From Eledone cirrhosa (Eukaryota), in contig OZ024742.1 in NCBI GenBank assembly GCA_964016885.1, positions 139,686,001 through 139,750,000 of the forward strand: a stretch of DNA of 64,000 nucleotides. The letters run 5' to 3'. Positions 10,449-23,754 of the stretch are shown piece by piece. The notes beneath the pieces were generated by a model. It did not search any database and was not told where the DNA came from. It worked only from the letters and a program-made list of their open reading frames with translations. A program made the position numbers and the translations under genes. Numbering within the stretch: the stretch's first letter is position 1; the number at the start of each line of letters is the position of its first letter.

Positions 10449-13400
10449 ATGGCCAATATAAGAGTTGGATGTGTGAATGCACGCGGCTTGGGGATGTCCT
10501 GGAAACAGGGCAAACTCTTAAATGACCTCAGGTCGCACAGAGTGGATGTAATGGTTATTTGCGAGTCCAGGATCAGCAGCGAGCGCCAACTGGCCCCCAT
10601 CTTCGACGACTTTGAGATCTACGCATCTCTCTGTCAGCCGAGGGGTGGGGTGGGGTTGTCGTTCTGCTGCGAAAATACCTGGGTCTTGCCACACAGAAGG
10701 TACACCTGGACCCGGAGGGTCGACTGGTGGTTTTAGACGTCGGCAGTGGTGAAGGTGGGGCTTTCAGGCTGGTGGCAGCGACCGGACTTCTTCCGACGCC
10801 TGGAGAATTTCCTGGGAACGTCTCGCTCCTTGCTTTTAGTGGGGGACTGGAATGGTATCCTGGATGCACGTTGGGACTATGTAGGGGCATGTCCCGATAG
10901 AGGAGGGTGTAACAGCCTCAAACGATTAATCGGCCGATTTGATCTGGCCGATAGATATCGACTAGATTTTCCGACTGTGCCACGGTGGACGTGGAGTAAT
11001 CGCAGCGGAACATCTAGGTCGTACATAGATAGGTTCCTAGTTAGAAATAAGGATAGGGACATATTAAGCTGTCCACGAATGTTCATGGTTGACTATTCGG
11101 ATCACAAGTTGGTGACCGGAGTGGTCAACCTTGATAGAACTCATAGACAAGGACCCGGTTACTGGAAGCTAAACTTGTCTTTACCGACAAACAAAGCTTA
11201 CAGTAAGCGGATTAGTACACTAGTTAAGCAGCGTTTGACGGGGGGCAATTGTCAACAACAGGTGGTGGGGCTCTCTCAAGAGAGAAATTAGAATAGAATC
11301 GATAGGTTTTAGTCGGGAATTAGCATCAGATAGGAATAGAACTGAAAGGGAATTAACAAATAGAGTAGAAGAGGCGATTAGGAGTGGCAACGTGGCCGGC
11401 GTGCTGGCGTCAAGAACGGCCCTAGACCAGTTCTTTGATGCGAAGCACGAGGGCTGCGTTGTCAGGAGTAAAATACGTGCTCTGGGTAACGAGGGAGCCA
11501 AAGCTGTTAGCTGGGCCCCAGTGACAGAGGCAAAAAGTGGAAACAAGTTCACCATTCGGTCTTTGAAGGACCAGGATGGACGCGTGATCCTTGAACCTGA
11601 GCGGATGAGCGCGGCCTTTCAACGGCGCTTTGCACGACTGTTCGGGAGGGGCGGCGGGCCGGGTGGGGCCATGGATTTCGGTCCATACCTCGACGGTCTG
11701 GCGCGGCTCTCGGACGGGAGGCGAAGTCCTGCGAGAGGCCGATTTCAGCCGCTGAAATAGGGGAAGCGCTGAGCCAATGCGGCAAACGCAAATCTCCGGG
11801 TCTCGATGGTCTACCATACGAACTTTATGTAGCGATGCCGGGCTTGTTCTCCGGTCTCCTCGAGGCGGTCTACTGCAACTGGTAACAGAACGGGAGAATT
11901 CCCAGTTCTGTGACCAAGGGCGTAGTCACGCTGGTGAGGAAGGACGAGAACAAGAGGCATGACATAGATAACTTCAGGCCCATAACTCTGCTAAACACAG
12001 AGTTAAAGATTTTGGCCAAGGTGTTAGCGAAGAGGTTGGCGCTTGTCGTCGGGAACCTGGTGGGAGAAGCGCAGACATGCGCAATCCCGTCCAGGTCCAT
12101 ACACGACAACCTCCACCTCATGCGATACATCGTAGAGAGGGTAGGGAACGAACCCGGCTTTGGTGGGGCCCTGATCAACTTGGATCAATCTAAAGCGTTC
12201 GATAGGGTTGACCATCGGTACCTGGATGTGGTGCTCGCGGCGGCAGGCTTCGGACCCATTTTCAGGGGCTGGATTGCTGCAATGCACAGCAGCAACACCT
12301 GCTCGAGGGTCAAGGTGAACGGCTACTTCTCGGAGCCGTTCCAAATCACGCGATCCATTCGACAGGGATGCCCTCTCTTCTCCCTCCTGTATGTGCTGGC
12401 TCTCGAGCCACTACTGCTGAAGCTGGAGCTGTTGCAGGGCATCCCCTCGGAACCGGGATTTCGGAAAGCGGTGTCGGCCTACGCCGATGACGTGACAGTA
12501 ATGGTGTCGTGCGCCTCGGAAATCGGGCAGATCGGCACCTTACTGGAGGAATATGAAAGGTTCACAGGAGCCAAGCTGAACCGGGACAAGTCCGTCGGTT
12601 TGCAACTCGGGACGTGGCCCTCCGACGGCATCGTCAGACGCTGGACGGAGGGACAGGTGAAGCTGCTCGGGGTCTGGTTCGGACCGGACCTCCAGGTGGA
12701 GAAAAACTGGGACGAGGTAACGGGCAAGGTGTTTGCACTCGCCCAGAAGTGGGTCGAGTGCAAACTATCCCTGAAAGGTCGAGCGGAGGTAGCGAACGCT
12801 TATATAGCGTCCGTCATCTACTACCGCTTGACCGTCGTGCCTTGCCCAGAGAAAACACTCGCCAAAATGGAGCGCGCGCTCTTCCGATTTCTTTGGAAGA
12901 AGCGGGCTCCTTTGGTGAGATGAGAAGATCCATCTGCTGTCAACACCCTTCGAACGGAGGGCTGGGGATGCCGTGGCTGACGATGCGTAGACACGCATTA
13001 AGGCTACGGCACCTCCAGGTATTCCTCACCGGTCAGCCGGTGTGGGCCCTGTTTGTGAGGCGAGCCTTTCCGAGACTCGTCTCACTCACCGAGCTGCAAT
13101 CCCGGGTCAAGCAGGACCGAGAAAAGTGGGCGACTAGCACATTGAATGTGCCCAGGCGCTCACGGCCCTCTGGCAAGCGGATCCGGCAATCAGTGGAGAC
13201 TCAACCTCAACATTCTATAGAGGGTTGGTGCGCAGTAAGTGCGACGACGCTCTCGGAGAGGCTCTGGGCATGGAGGAAGACGAGCTGGCCAGTCTGTGCG
13301 GTAGGACGTTTGGCCCGGGACCGATGGACAACTTCCAAAAGTCCCTGGCTTGGCAATGTTACCGAGGAGCTCTACCCATTCGGGACAAGCTCTACAGACA

Positions 13401-13851
13401 CGGGCGCCCGGGTAGGGACCCCTCGAAGAAGATCTGTCCAAGATGCGTGCGTGACGAGGAAACCGTCGCACACGCATTCGTACACTTCCCGGGCGTTGTT
13501 GACCTGTGGGGCTATGTAGAACGACTATTGTCGCGGGTGGGACCAATCCGGTTGACCACCGAGAACATTGTCACAATCAAACCGCCTCCCCCTTTCAAAA
13601 ACGAAGGAGAGGCGGTTTTCCTCTGTGTGATAGCCATGGCGAAAGAAGTTGTATGGTGGACAAGGTTGAAAGGGCTGAGGTCAGACACCTTTCTCTCCGG
13701 CCAACAACTGGTCTTTTTTTTCAAGTACCACTTTAGAAGAAGGATCAGAATGGAGAGAGAGGTGCTCTACCCCAGCAAGTTTTATGAAAGATGGGTGAAA
13801 GTAGCGAGAATGGCCCGAGTGAATGGGCCTTCTCTCTATATCAGCCTGTAG
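10449..13851 (+). pseudogene. Tx1 ORF2p (APE endonuclease + RT + zinc finger), with several frameshifts and stops
   Basis: NARGL, VGDWN, SYIDR, YSDH, GPGYWKLN, FRPITLLN, DQSKAFDRVDH, RQGCP, AYADD, CPRCVRDEETVAHAF. Confidence 0.9.
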
Positions 13852-14095
13852 GTGAGAGAGGAGAGGAATGAGAAGAGGAAGGAAGCACCCGCTCTTTGTG
13901 CTCCTGAAGAGGAGGGTTGCACATTTTTTTTTTGGGGGGGGGGGCGACCCATGTCAACGCCCCTCCCTATTGAGGACATCGATTGTTAAATTTAATTTGT
14001 TATATGTTTTTTACACGTCTTTTTAAATGTATGTAAACTCCCCCCTTTGTATTTGTCCCAATCTTTGATGCCCTGGTGGCAAATAAATAGAAATA

Positions 14096-14565
14096 TATAT
14101 CAATAAACATCAATCTCTCCCCCTCTCTATATGTATCAATACCTATCTCTAGCAATCTTCTCACGCTATTCATTACCACCAAACTCACCCCTCTCTACAT
14201 CAACCCTACAATATTCTCTTCCAATACCCCTCTCTATATCTACTGCACGGAACTCTCTTCCAATGCCCCTCTCTATATCAATAAACATCAAACTCTCTCA
14301 CTCTCTACATCAAATATACATCACTCTCTCCCAACCCCCCTCACTATATCACTTAACACCATCTCTCCCCTACTCTATATATACTACACGGAACTCTCTG
14401 CTAATCCCCCACGCCTCTTATATCAATTCACACCAAACGCTCCCCCTCTTTATATCAATTACCTCCAAACTTTCCCTCTCTCTTTATCCCATCTATCTCT
14501 ACATAACATGTACATAAGTTGTAGCACATATACAAATAGATGTGTGTTTGGTAGTTTGGGGAGAA
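14096..14565 (+). repeat. Complex CT-rich minisatellite-like repeat, right part
   Basis: Same units as 7945-8420. Its 3' unique segment matches 20880-20950 in reverse. Confidence 0.8.
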
Positions 14566-14714
14566 AGAACAGAAAAAAACTATTGAACGAAAACAGAAAT
14601 GACATAAACTGAGTGACAGATCGTCAGTCGTCTGTCGGATCTTATCTCAGTTTCGACACTTTTAGAGAGAAAACTTGAACATAACAAGGATTACATGTAA
14701 ATGAATTAATATTG

Positions 14715-14850
14715 AAGTCGGCGGCCCGTCTGAGGAAGGAGTCCCGCCAGGTTAGATGGCTGTTGCAGCGGGTCTCATTGGCCATTGTCCGCGGGAATGC
14801 TTTTGAGGTCTTGTCTGCGGGGCGCAGCTCTTCTGTCCCCATGCCCTAGG
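14715..14850 (+). pseudogene. Short 3' fragment of a CRE-like RLE LINE
   Basis: Translates to ARLRKESRQVRWLLQRVSLAIVRGNA, similar to the end of ORF 26497-27051. Confidence 0.55.
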
Positions 14851-15066
14851 CCCAAAGCCCAATCACCCTCCCAATTCACCCCTCCCCTATCTTCTGCGAC
14901 ACCAGAGTTCTTGCCATCCCCTCCACTTCGCATTCTTTTTTTTCTTTCTTTTTCACTTTTTTCTCTATATGTTCCTATTCTTTTATCTTTTGTTTCCTTA
15001 GCTTTTTTTTTATTATTGTTTTTATTATTGTTGTCACTGTTATTATTGTTATTGTCACGGTTATTG

Positions 15067-15262
15067 GGCGGTGGATTGGCAATATCGGTAGAGGGTCGGA
15101 CGCCATGCTTTGCAGCATAGAGTTACGCCCTTTACGGTCTGAGTTCAAATCCCGTCGAGGTTAACTTTGCCGTTTATCCTTACGGGGTCGATAAAATAAA
15201 GTACCAGTAATGCACTGGGATAAGTGCTGGCCTTATGCGAAAAGTAGAAACGATTATTATTG
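15067..15262 (+). mobile_element. tRNA-derived SINE
   Basis: GGCGGTGGATTGGCAATATCGG head, GAGTTCAAATCC B box, CCTTACGGGGTCGATAAAATAAAGTACCAG core, (ATT)n tail. Confidence 0.8.
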
Positions 15263-15551
15263 TACATAAAAAATTAAATAAGAGCAGTTAGGCTTGAAAT
15301 GAAAAAGTAGATGATTCTGTGAACAGAAAAATGTTAAGGAGCAAAGCGGTTGATAACCCTTTAAATGCTTGAGAAGAGGAGAGGATAGTCGAAGAGCATC
15401 CAACTCTCATAAGAGCTTGAATAGAATGAAAGACAGCAGTAGAAATGGAAGTGACCTGGCCTGCACGTCAGCAGCGGGGACGGCCGGAGGCAATATATTT
15501 TATTTTTCTAACGTATCCAAATAGTTTTAATATACAACTTATGAACTTGAG

Positions 15552-15755
15552 AGCGGTGGATTGACAGAACTATTTGATCGTCGGATGAAATGAATTGAGG
15601 TCCTTACGTTCTGCGTTCAAATCCCGCTGAGGTCAGCTTTGATTTTCATCCTTCCAAAATCCATAAAATATTGTAACAGTCAAGTACTGGGGTTGGTTTA
15701 GTCGACTTTCTCCCTTCCCCTAAAATTCTAGTTGTGTGCTTAAATTAGAAATCAG
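15552..15755 (+). mobile_element. Diverged SINE copy
   Basis: GCGTTCAAATCC B box and degenerate family core. Confidence 0.6.
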
Positions 15756-15957
15756 TGTATAACTAATTAACTTACCATATACCTTCGTGTGGAGCATTAG
15801 CAGAACCATCCAAAATATGGAAGACGGGTGCAGCATGGTGACCTGACAAGGTAAAACAAATAAAGAGATAAATTAATCGAAAAAAATATACAAAACAAAA
15901 CAAAAATTATAAGGATGTGAAAACATGTATTATTTTATTATTGTCATTAAATATATA

Positions 15958-16180
15958 TATCGCTAGAGTGCGTAGCTTGGAGATCAGAGAATCGCTCCGG
16001 GTAGAGACACTACTTCTCCGAATTAAGAGTTCACAGCTCCGATACTTTGGGGATGAGGTTAGAATATCTAAGGAAAGAATCGCTGGATAGATTTTACAGG
16101 TAAAACTAACCGGCAGTAGACCCAGGGGTAGACCCCAAGCAAGATGGTTGGATAACATCTATGAGCACGGCATGTCTCGC
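15958..16180 (+). pseudogene. RTE-clade LINE 3' fragment
   Basis: Translates to QLRYFG..GSRPRGRPQARWLDNI. Confidence 0.6.
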
Positions 16181-16954
16181 TTGTCGGCTGACTCAGTTAG
16201 ATCAATTGGAATCGGTGGTAGGAGTGCTTGAGGACTCATCTCCCATGACCCTCTCGGGAAGAAGAAACCTTCTTAGTGTATAGCTACAGAGTTACTAACA
16301 GATGTTCATTTATGAGATCTAAGCCTTGTTATGAAAAAGAAAGTGGTCGTGTGTGGGATTTGAACGCAGAGAAGTCAATTGATATGATGTGTCAATTAAT
16401 CCGGTACACTTCCATCTCCTCGAATTCATAGCCGTCTTCTTTCTTGTTTTGTTTTTTTCTATCCTTTTCATTGGCGCCAGTTCAACACCACCACCAGGTT
16501 CTTGGGTACCTTTAGCAGAAGCCCCAATGTTGCAAGGGGTCGGGTCAGGATTCCGATTTGAGAAAAGTTTTCTCTTTTCGAACAATCACAGCAGCTCTTG
16601 AAAAATGTCTGATAAACTGATAAATAAATCTTGTTAATTTAGGAATCTGCACCAAGGAATCGACCCAGTATAATACTGATATTTAATTTTCCAACGTTCA
16701 GTCACTCCATCATGTTCTGAGGTGGAAAAGACAATGTAAACACAACGGAATTTGGACTCGTAATAGCGGAGTGTAAAAACTGCATACAACAAAACATCTA
16801 AGGATGATATTCTCCCGTCTAAGTTTGATTACCATATGATTTCGTACATAGGTAAAGGAGGTGAAATGACAGTTTTTGTATAAAATATTGGAGTTAATTA
16901 TTTTATTTTATTTAAAAACTGTTGCATACGTTTCATTATATTTTTGAACGGAAG

Positions 16955-17172
16955 GGCGATGGATTGGTGATATCGGTAAAGCGTCGAACAACATACTTCG
17001 TGGCGTAGGGTTTCAGACCTTTAGCTCTGAGATCAAATCTCATCGAAGTTAGCTTTGCCTTTCATCCTTGCGCGATCGATAAGACAATGTACCAGTGACG
17101 CACTGGGGTCGATTTAATTGGCTTTCCCCTCCCCAAACAGTGTTAGCCTTGTGCCTAAATCAGAAACTATTA
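16955..17172 (+). mobile_element. Diverged SINE copy
   Basis: Family head, CTTTGCCTTTCATCC core and GCCTTGTGCCTAAATCAGAAAC tail. Confidence 0.65.
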
Positions 17173-17512
17173 TATTTTTGAAAGGAACATTTGATATGAT
17201 AGATCCTACGTCGGATTTAATAATGGGTATATAAATGTTCGATCAACAGAAAGTCTGATTCGATAAATTAACATGTACGTGGCTTCGCATTCCACAAACA
17301 TGCATTCCTAACATAGCCCTTTGAATCAGCGTGAAACAATACGTGAGAAGGCATGACCTTTGAATTAGTGGTACAATTTCGTCAACGAATTTTCACTCAA
17401 TCCGAGGCAATTGTACGAAAAATTGCTGAAGTTGTCGCATAGTAGGATGGAACTCAGAACATCGTGATTGGGAAGTGAACTTCTTAGGTCAACAACCATA
17501 CATGTCGCCAGT

Positions 17513-18160
17513 GGCTATACTCATAGTTCCAATACTCTACAATAGCTATACTGTACTTGCTATTCTGCACTAGCTAAACTCCACAATAGCTATTCTGCAC
17601 ACGCTAAACTCCACAATAGCTATTCTGCACAAGCTATACTCCACAATAGCTATTCTGCACAAGCTATACTCCACAATAGCTATACTCCACAATAGCTATT
17701 CTGCACTAGCTAAACTCCACAATAGCTATTCTGCACAAGCTATACTCCACAATAGCTATTCTGCACAAGCTATACTCCACAATAGCTATACTCCACAATA
17801 GCTATTCTGCACTAGCTAAACTCCACAATAGCTATTCTGCACTAGCTAAACTCCACAATAGCTATTCTGCACAAGCTATACTCCACAATAGCTATACTCC
17901 ACAATAGCTATTCTGCACTAGTTAAACTCCGCTATGAAGTATCGCTAGTCGAGTAAAATTAGTGGAGTATAGCTATTGTGGACTATAGCTAGTGCAGAAT
18001 AGCAAGTACAGAATAGCTATTGTGGAGTATAGCTAGTACTGAATAGCTATTGTGGAATATATATTCCACAATAGCTATTCTGTATAGCGATACTTCGTAG
18101 TATCTATACCTACAGCAGCTATACTCTTCTGTAGCTACACTCTATGTAAGCTATACTCAC
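17513..18160. repeat. 30-bp (16+14) minisatellite with an internal inverted block
   Basis: GCTATACTCCACAATA and GCTATTCTGCACAA units at 17545-17930, inverted units at about 17960-18058. Confidence 0.9.
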
Positions 18161-18334
18161 AGCTGAGGTTGACCTTAGCACGACAAACTAACAAATCAAT
18201 CGGGGATTCTCTACATAGTCACTCAATGTGCTAAAAGTATCAACCAAATCTGACTGAAACGACGCACCAACATCTTACAATTTGGGGTGACACATTTGAT
18301 AATGTAGTCCTAAATACCTTTTAAAATGTGTTTG

Positions 18335-18540
18335 TTCATGTCAACTATCTGGTTAAAATGTCAACTGAATGGTATAAATATTAACGGCGTGGTGCAGAAT
18401 GAACTTCCGTTGCATGCAACTAAGAGTGCTCTTGTTGTTTGATCAATGGAACAGCCACCTCGTGACATTAACGTGTAAGTGGCTGGGCATTCCGCATCCA
18501 TCAGTGCTGACCTAAAGCTCCACGACAAATAGATCATGCC
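18335..18540. repeat. Dispersed repeat, second copy at about 21645-21800
   Basis: Shared TGTCAACTATCNGGTTAAAATGTCAACTG...GAACAGCCACCTC. Confidence 0.6.
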
Positions 18541-19039
18541 ATACAATTTTGTTTTATCACGCTGTTGATGCTTAGAGTAACTTTTTACTGCTTATTTACA
18601 TATATTTTTCTTTGCCCTGTATTATCTGTTTTCGGATAGGTTGATTATACGTTTTAAGAGATAAACAAAATAGAAGCTTTTATCTTTTTATCTACACCTA
18701 TGGTTTCACAATATACCATCCACACAACTATCTGGGATATCATTAAATCATGATAGATTAGAGCATAGAGTTTGACCGACAAAATCCCAGATGCATTCGC
18801 TTAGAGAGTGGGATCGAACTCGTTAAATCGGACCAAGGAAACAATGTTTCCATTGGTCTTTCCATTGCTGATTCTATCTACCGGTCACAACTCCTGGTAG
18901 GAAATTTGGAAGATGGAGTTGCTATATATTGGCTTAATCAGGGGAGTAAAGGTAGCGCTCTTCACCCATTGCAGGTTTTCCTAGACCGGTAAGAGATAGC
19001 AAAGATTCTCCCCGAACGCATTCGACAGAGGCTAATGTT

Positions 19040-19320
19040 TAAAGTCTGTCTCGAGCACGGAGGATCATCAAGTCGATGCTTATCCCCGGTTTCCGTGGCG
19101 TTAAGCAACTGAAAGTACAAGACCTCTCCACCCCCTGGACAGGTCACCAGTCCATCGCAGAGTAAAATCCCCAGCTATTGCTGGTCTTCATTATACTGGA
19201 GCAAGGTGAAATGAAATGTTTTGCTCAAGAACATGACACACAACCAATTCCAGGAATCGAGGATAAAGGCATTATGATCGTAAATGCAACACACTTACCA
19301 CTAGGCCACGTACCTCCACA
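19040..19320 (-). mobile_element. Second tRNA-derived SINE family (V-domain-like core)
   Basis: Minus strand: GTGGCCTAGTGGTAAG A box, TCTTGAGCAAAACA, TGCGATGGACTGGTGACCTGTCCAGGGG. Confidence 0.6.
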
Positions 19321-20157
19321 TTCGACAGAGTGGACACCACTAAAGCCACCCGAAGGTCAGATGGTTGTGTTAAATCAGACTGGATTAAATCTACCACCAT
19401 AACATAAATGGTCAAATCGATTGGCTTGACTTTCACACAATTTCCGTCTACAGAATTTCACTCACAAGGCTTTGGTGAATCCTACACTACGATAGAAAAG
19501 TACTGCCAGTACTGTAGACAACATTTTTAATTTCATATGAATTTGCAAAAATTACTTAACAAATGGAGACAGTCAACGTGTTTTAAAAAAAATAAAATGA
19601 AACATGCTTCTTTTGCAGGCGGGCGTTACACATCATAAACACGGGAGATAACTTTCATATAAGCAAGGGGGATAATTCCTTTTTAGTTCTATATTGCTGC
19701 AAGCATCAGATCACAAATTGCATCTATTGAAATTAAGCTAACATGAAAACCGTACTGAGTTCATTCAAATAACTAAAATACTTGCCAAATCTCCCTCAAA
19801 TTATACCCTACCATTCTTATTAAAACTAAAGAGGAAAATCCCTAAACTGATAGAAATGACAGGACTGAAATACTTTTGATCATCGGCCAGCATGATCAGA
19901 GTTGACCAGGGGCTAAACAGCAACACAATTATTGTCAATCCAGTAGTTAGCCATTACATGGACGCATAATCCTGTACCGTATTCTATTTAACTGGTATTC
20001 TGTCGGTTTGAAAGAAGGAAAAGTAAACTTGACCTCAGCAGTATTTGAACACAGAGAACAGAGAGTCGGAACAAATAATGTAAAGCAAATTATCCGACGT
20101 TCTATCCGCTCAGCCGGCTAGACATGAAACGTTTTCTGATTATAGGTTTGCAACCCT

Positions 20158-20372
20158 AATAATGGTTTCTGATTGAAGCACAAGGCTAACAATTTGGTGG
20201 GAGAGTCGATTAAATCACCCAGTGCGTTACTGGTACTTTATTTTATCGACTCGGTAAGGATAAAAAACAAAGGTAACCTCCGCAAGATTTGAACTCAGAA
20301 CGTAAAGGGATGTAACTATATGACACAGAAATTGTTGTTCAACGTTCTACCGAAACTGCCAATCCACCGCCC
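20158..20372 (-). mobile_element. tRNA-derived SINE (another partial copy at about 19990-20120)
   Basis: Family head, B box, core and tail on the minus strand. Confidence 0.7.
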
Positions 20373-20783
20373 TTGCAACGTTGATAAGAGAATCACCCTC
20401 CATCGCTTTCGACGATGAGTGTTCCAGTTCTTTGAACAACAGAACAGGTTGTTCATGAAATTAAATATAAATAGCTGAGCATTCAACATACACATATAAC
20501 CTTAACATATTCTCAAGGAAATTCAGCTCAACACAGACTGTTAAGGCTGGCTCTTTGAATTACAATACAGGTACGGTCAAACCGAGGGTTTTCCAAACAG
20601 TTTCGATCTACCCAATTTCACTCGCACATCGAACTACAAAGTGGTCTTCTTATAAATTCGGTCATGTTGTGCCCAGAATTATGATACTAAGTCAATATTG
20701 GACAAAGTGTTTACATAATAGCTGAGGTAACTATAATATCTCAGGAGAACATCCTGAAAACTAAATACAAATAGGCTAGTATC

Positions 20784-20827
<44 letters not shown>

Positions 20828-20869
20828 AGGGCGGTGAAACGGTGGGGATGGCTTTGATACACCTCCCCA

Positions 20870-21250
20870 ATAATTATATTTATCTCCCCAAACTACCAAA
20901 ACATATCTTTTTGTATATGCGCAAACATTTATGTACATATTTTGTAGAGATAAATGGGAGAGGTAGATATAGATATAGAGAGAGGGAGAGTTTGGCGGTA
21001 ATTGATATAGAGAGGGGGGAGTTTAGTGCTAAATAATATAGAGAGGGGGGTTTGGAAGAGAATACCCTGTAGTAGATATAGAGAGGGGGGAGAGTTTAGT
21101 GTCAATTGATATAGAGAGGGGTATTGGAAGAGTTCCATGTAGTAGTTATAGAGAGGTGGAGAGGGTGGTGTTAATTGATATAGAGAGGGGGATTGGAAAA
21201 GGGTTCCTTGTCGTAGATATAGAGAGGAGGAGAGTTTAGTGGTAATGAAT
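20870..21250 (-). repeat. Uninterrupted relative of the CT-rich minisatellite element that hosts the Tx1
   Basis: GTTAATTGATATAGAGAGGG and GTAGTAGATATAGAGAGG units. Confidence 0.75.
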
Positions 21251-21441
21251 ATAGTGAACTATGATCTCCAAGGTATTGAGAGATCCATAGTTGTCGTCAA
21301 TGTGCGAAGCAGTGCAAGTCTCTAGCAGGCTTGAAAAGCCACATTCGAGCGTCACACATCTGAATCTGACAAGCGATTGCAATACTCTTAGCAGAGTTTG
21401 CAGCCATCACGTACATGTGTATGTATGCATGTGTGTGTATG

Positions 21442-21475
<34 letters not shown>

Positions 21476-21849
21476 AAGAGAGAGAGAGAGAGATGTTGAT
21501 TAGAAATAGTGACAATATGAAAGGGGGAGGTAACTCAAATGAGCGATCTGCGTATTAAAATAAATAGGTTAAGGTCTGATATATGTAATACCGTGAGTTG
21601 AAAAACCTATTTGAACAGTTTACAACCGCTGGTCGGTTCCGTGTAGTGTCAACTATCCGGTTAAAATGTCAACTGTATGGTATAAAGGTTAACGGTGTGG
21701 TGTGGTGTGGGGTGGTGTGGGGTGGAATGGACTTCTGTCGCTTTCAATGATGAGCGCTCTTGTTATTTGATGAACAGAACAACCACCTCATGATATAAAT
21801 CTGTAAGTAGGTGAATATTCAACAGACACGTGTACACAAATACACTCCC

Positions 21850-21971
21850 ACGCAAACACAAACACACAAACATCTGCAACAGACACAGGGTCTTTGTTTC
21901 CTCGGAGCGAAGACAAGGGAAAACACAATGAGCAAATAAACAAAAACACAAACACAAGAAAAAGAAAAAAA

Positions 21972-22051
<80 letters not shown>

Positions 22052-22810
22052 AGAAAACGCAGGCACCGCACATACAACACACACAAACACGTCCACAGTA
22101 ACACCAATACCACCACCGCTACTACAACCACCCAAACGAAAACAAGCTCAACTACAACAACAAATCATACTCACAGAAAACTTCGTGCTAGTAAGAAGGG
22201 TAAACAAAAAAAACAAATGGCCCTTATAGCAGGAAACAAACGAATCGAGAAAGAGGGGGAGATTTTTGGCACCAGTACATTTAGAGTACCGGAAGAACTT
22301 ATGATGGTACGAATGTCACTAGGTACCTACAAAAACATTACAATGGGCTTTCCACGTGACGTGAGAACCTCTAATTTAAAAACCACGAGGAGGCTTTCAA
22401 AGGGGTTCACAAAGGCAACCCCACCAACAATGGACGTGGAACCACCCGACCTCCACAAGCGCCTGGGAGGTAAGTAATCCTTTAACTTCTGATCACCCAA
22501 ACAACATGGTTATCATAAGAGTAAATTGCATAAATATTCGTACCATGAGGTCATCCTGGAAGCAAGGTCTCTTGCTGAAAGACCTAGGTCACTAGATATT
22601 GATGTGACTGCCGTCAACGAGACCAAGACTTTCAACACACGCGCACAAGCACCGACGACCATCAGATCTTCGCATCTGTTAGTCGGCCGCAAATGGAAGC
22701 TGGGGTGGCACTGGTGTTTAGGAAGGCCTGGGTCGCAAGGTAAAGACGATCTTCTTGAACTCGGGCGGTAAGTTGGTCGACAATAGTGAAGGTGGTGCCT
22801 TTTGACAGGT
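21850..22810 (+). pseudogene. Degraded Tx1-family fragment (ORF1 C-terminus and ORF2 start)
   Basis: ORF 22217 (IEKEGEIF..LMMVRM) resembles the ORF1 C-terminus at about 10050-10230. CAACATGG...ATAAGAGT at 22504 matches the ORF2 start at 10445. Confidence 0.6.
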
Positions 22811-23204
22811 GGCCGTCTGCGCCCCGACAGGGGCCGTGTAGCTGGATTTCTTGTAGCTACTGACACACTACTATCTAACTCGAAGGGTTCCAAACGGAAG
22901 CGAGAACACAACCGCAAACCGACTACCGGTCATATCGCTAATGGTGACTGCCTTACAACATGGAAAGAAGAGCTCGAACATAGCCGTGAGGTAGTGGATA
23001 GGACAAGCAACCCTAATACCAAACCATACCCGGATCCGACTGACAACACATACAACACCACAAATTTCGGGAGACCGCAGCGCTAGTAACCACACTTAAA
23101 ACCATCGTGATCATAACCCACCGAAACGTGTTCAAAGACGCATCAGAATAGATGACGCCGGTAGAGCGGAAGCAAGCCCCAATTCCACCACACATCAAGG
23201 GAAA

Positions 23205-23410
23205 GCCGTCATCAGATTGGCAGTATCGGTAGAGGGTCGGACACCATGCTTTGATGCATAGAGTTACGGCCCTTGCCATTCTGAGTTCAAATCCTGCTGA
23301 GGTTAACTTTGCTTTTCATCCTTACGGGGTCGATAAAATAAAGTATCAGTAATACGCTGGGATAATTGCTGGCCTTGTGCCAAAAGTGGAAACAATTATT
23401 ATTATTATTA
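23205..23410 (+). mobile_element. tRNA-derived SINE
   Basis: Well-preserved head, B box, core and (ATT)n tail. Confidence 0.8.
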
Positions 23411-23492
23411 TTGCTGTTATTGCTGCTTGTTGTTGTTACTACTACTAGTACTGTTGCTGCTGTTACTACTAAGACGACGATGACTGCTACTA

Positions 23493-23710
23493 ATAATGGT
23501 TTCTACTTTAGGCACAAGGCCAGCAATTTGAAGTGAAGGGGAAAGTCTGTTAAATCGACTCTAGTGCGTGACTGGCACTTTATTTTATCGACCCCGTAAG
23601 TATGAAAGGCAAAGTTAACCTCGACGGGATTTGAACTCAGTCCGTAAAGAGACGTAACTGTGCTGCAAAGAATGACGTCCGGCCCTCTACCGATACTGCC
23701 AATCCACCGA
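23493..23710 (-). mobile_element. tRNA-derived SINE
   Basis: Well-preserved copy on the minus strand. Confidence 0.8.
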
Positions 23711-23754
23711 CAACTGCTACTAATAGTGATAGTAATGATAATGATAATAATGAT

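Larger units (their letters stand above)
8421..14095 (+). mobile_element. Near full-length Tx1/L1-clade LINE
   Basis: ORF1 has a CCHC knuckle. ORF2 has APE, RT and a C-terminal zinc-finger-like motif. AATAAA at 14082. Confidence 0.9.

Noticed and set aside
15067-15160. tRNA gene suggested by A and B boxes (also in other copies)
   Set aside because: No cloverleaf, and it continues into a repeated SINE body and tail.
16320-16620. Possible host exon (GC-balanced unique stretch)
   Set aside because: No recognisable domain, frames close quickly and splice sites are not convincing. It cannot be supported without RNA data.
17545-17930. CRISPR-like regular repeats
   Set aside because: No unique spacers, no cas genes and a eukaryotic context. 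It is a minisatellite.
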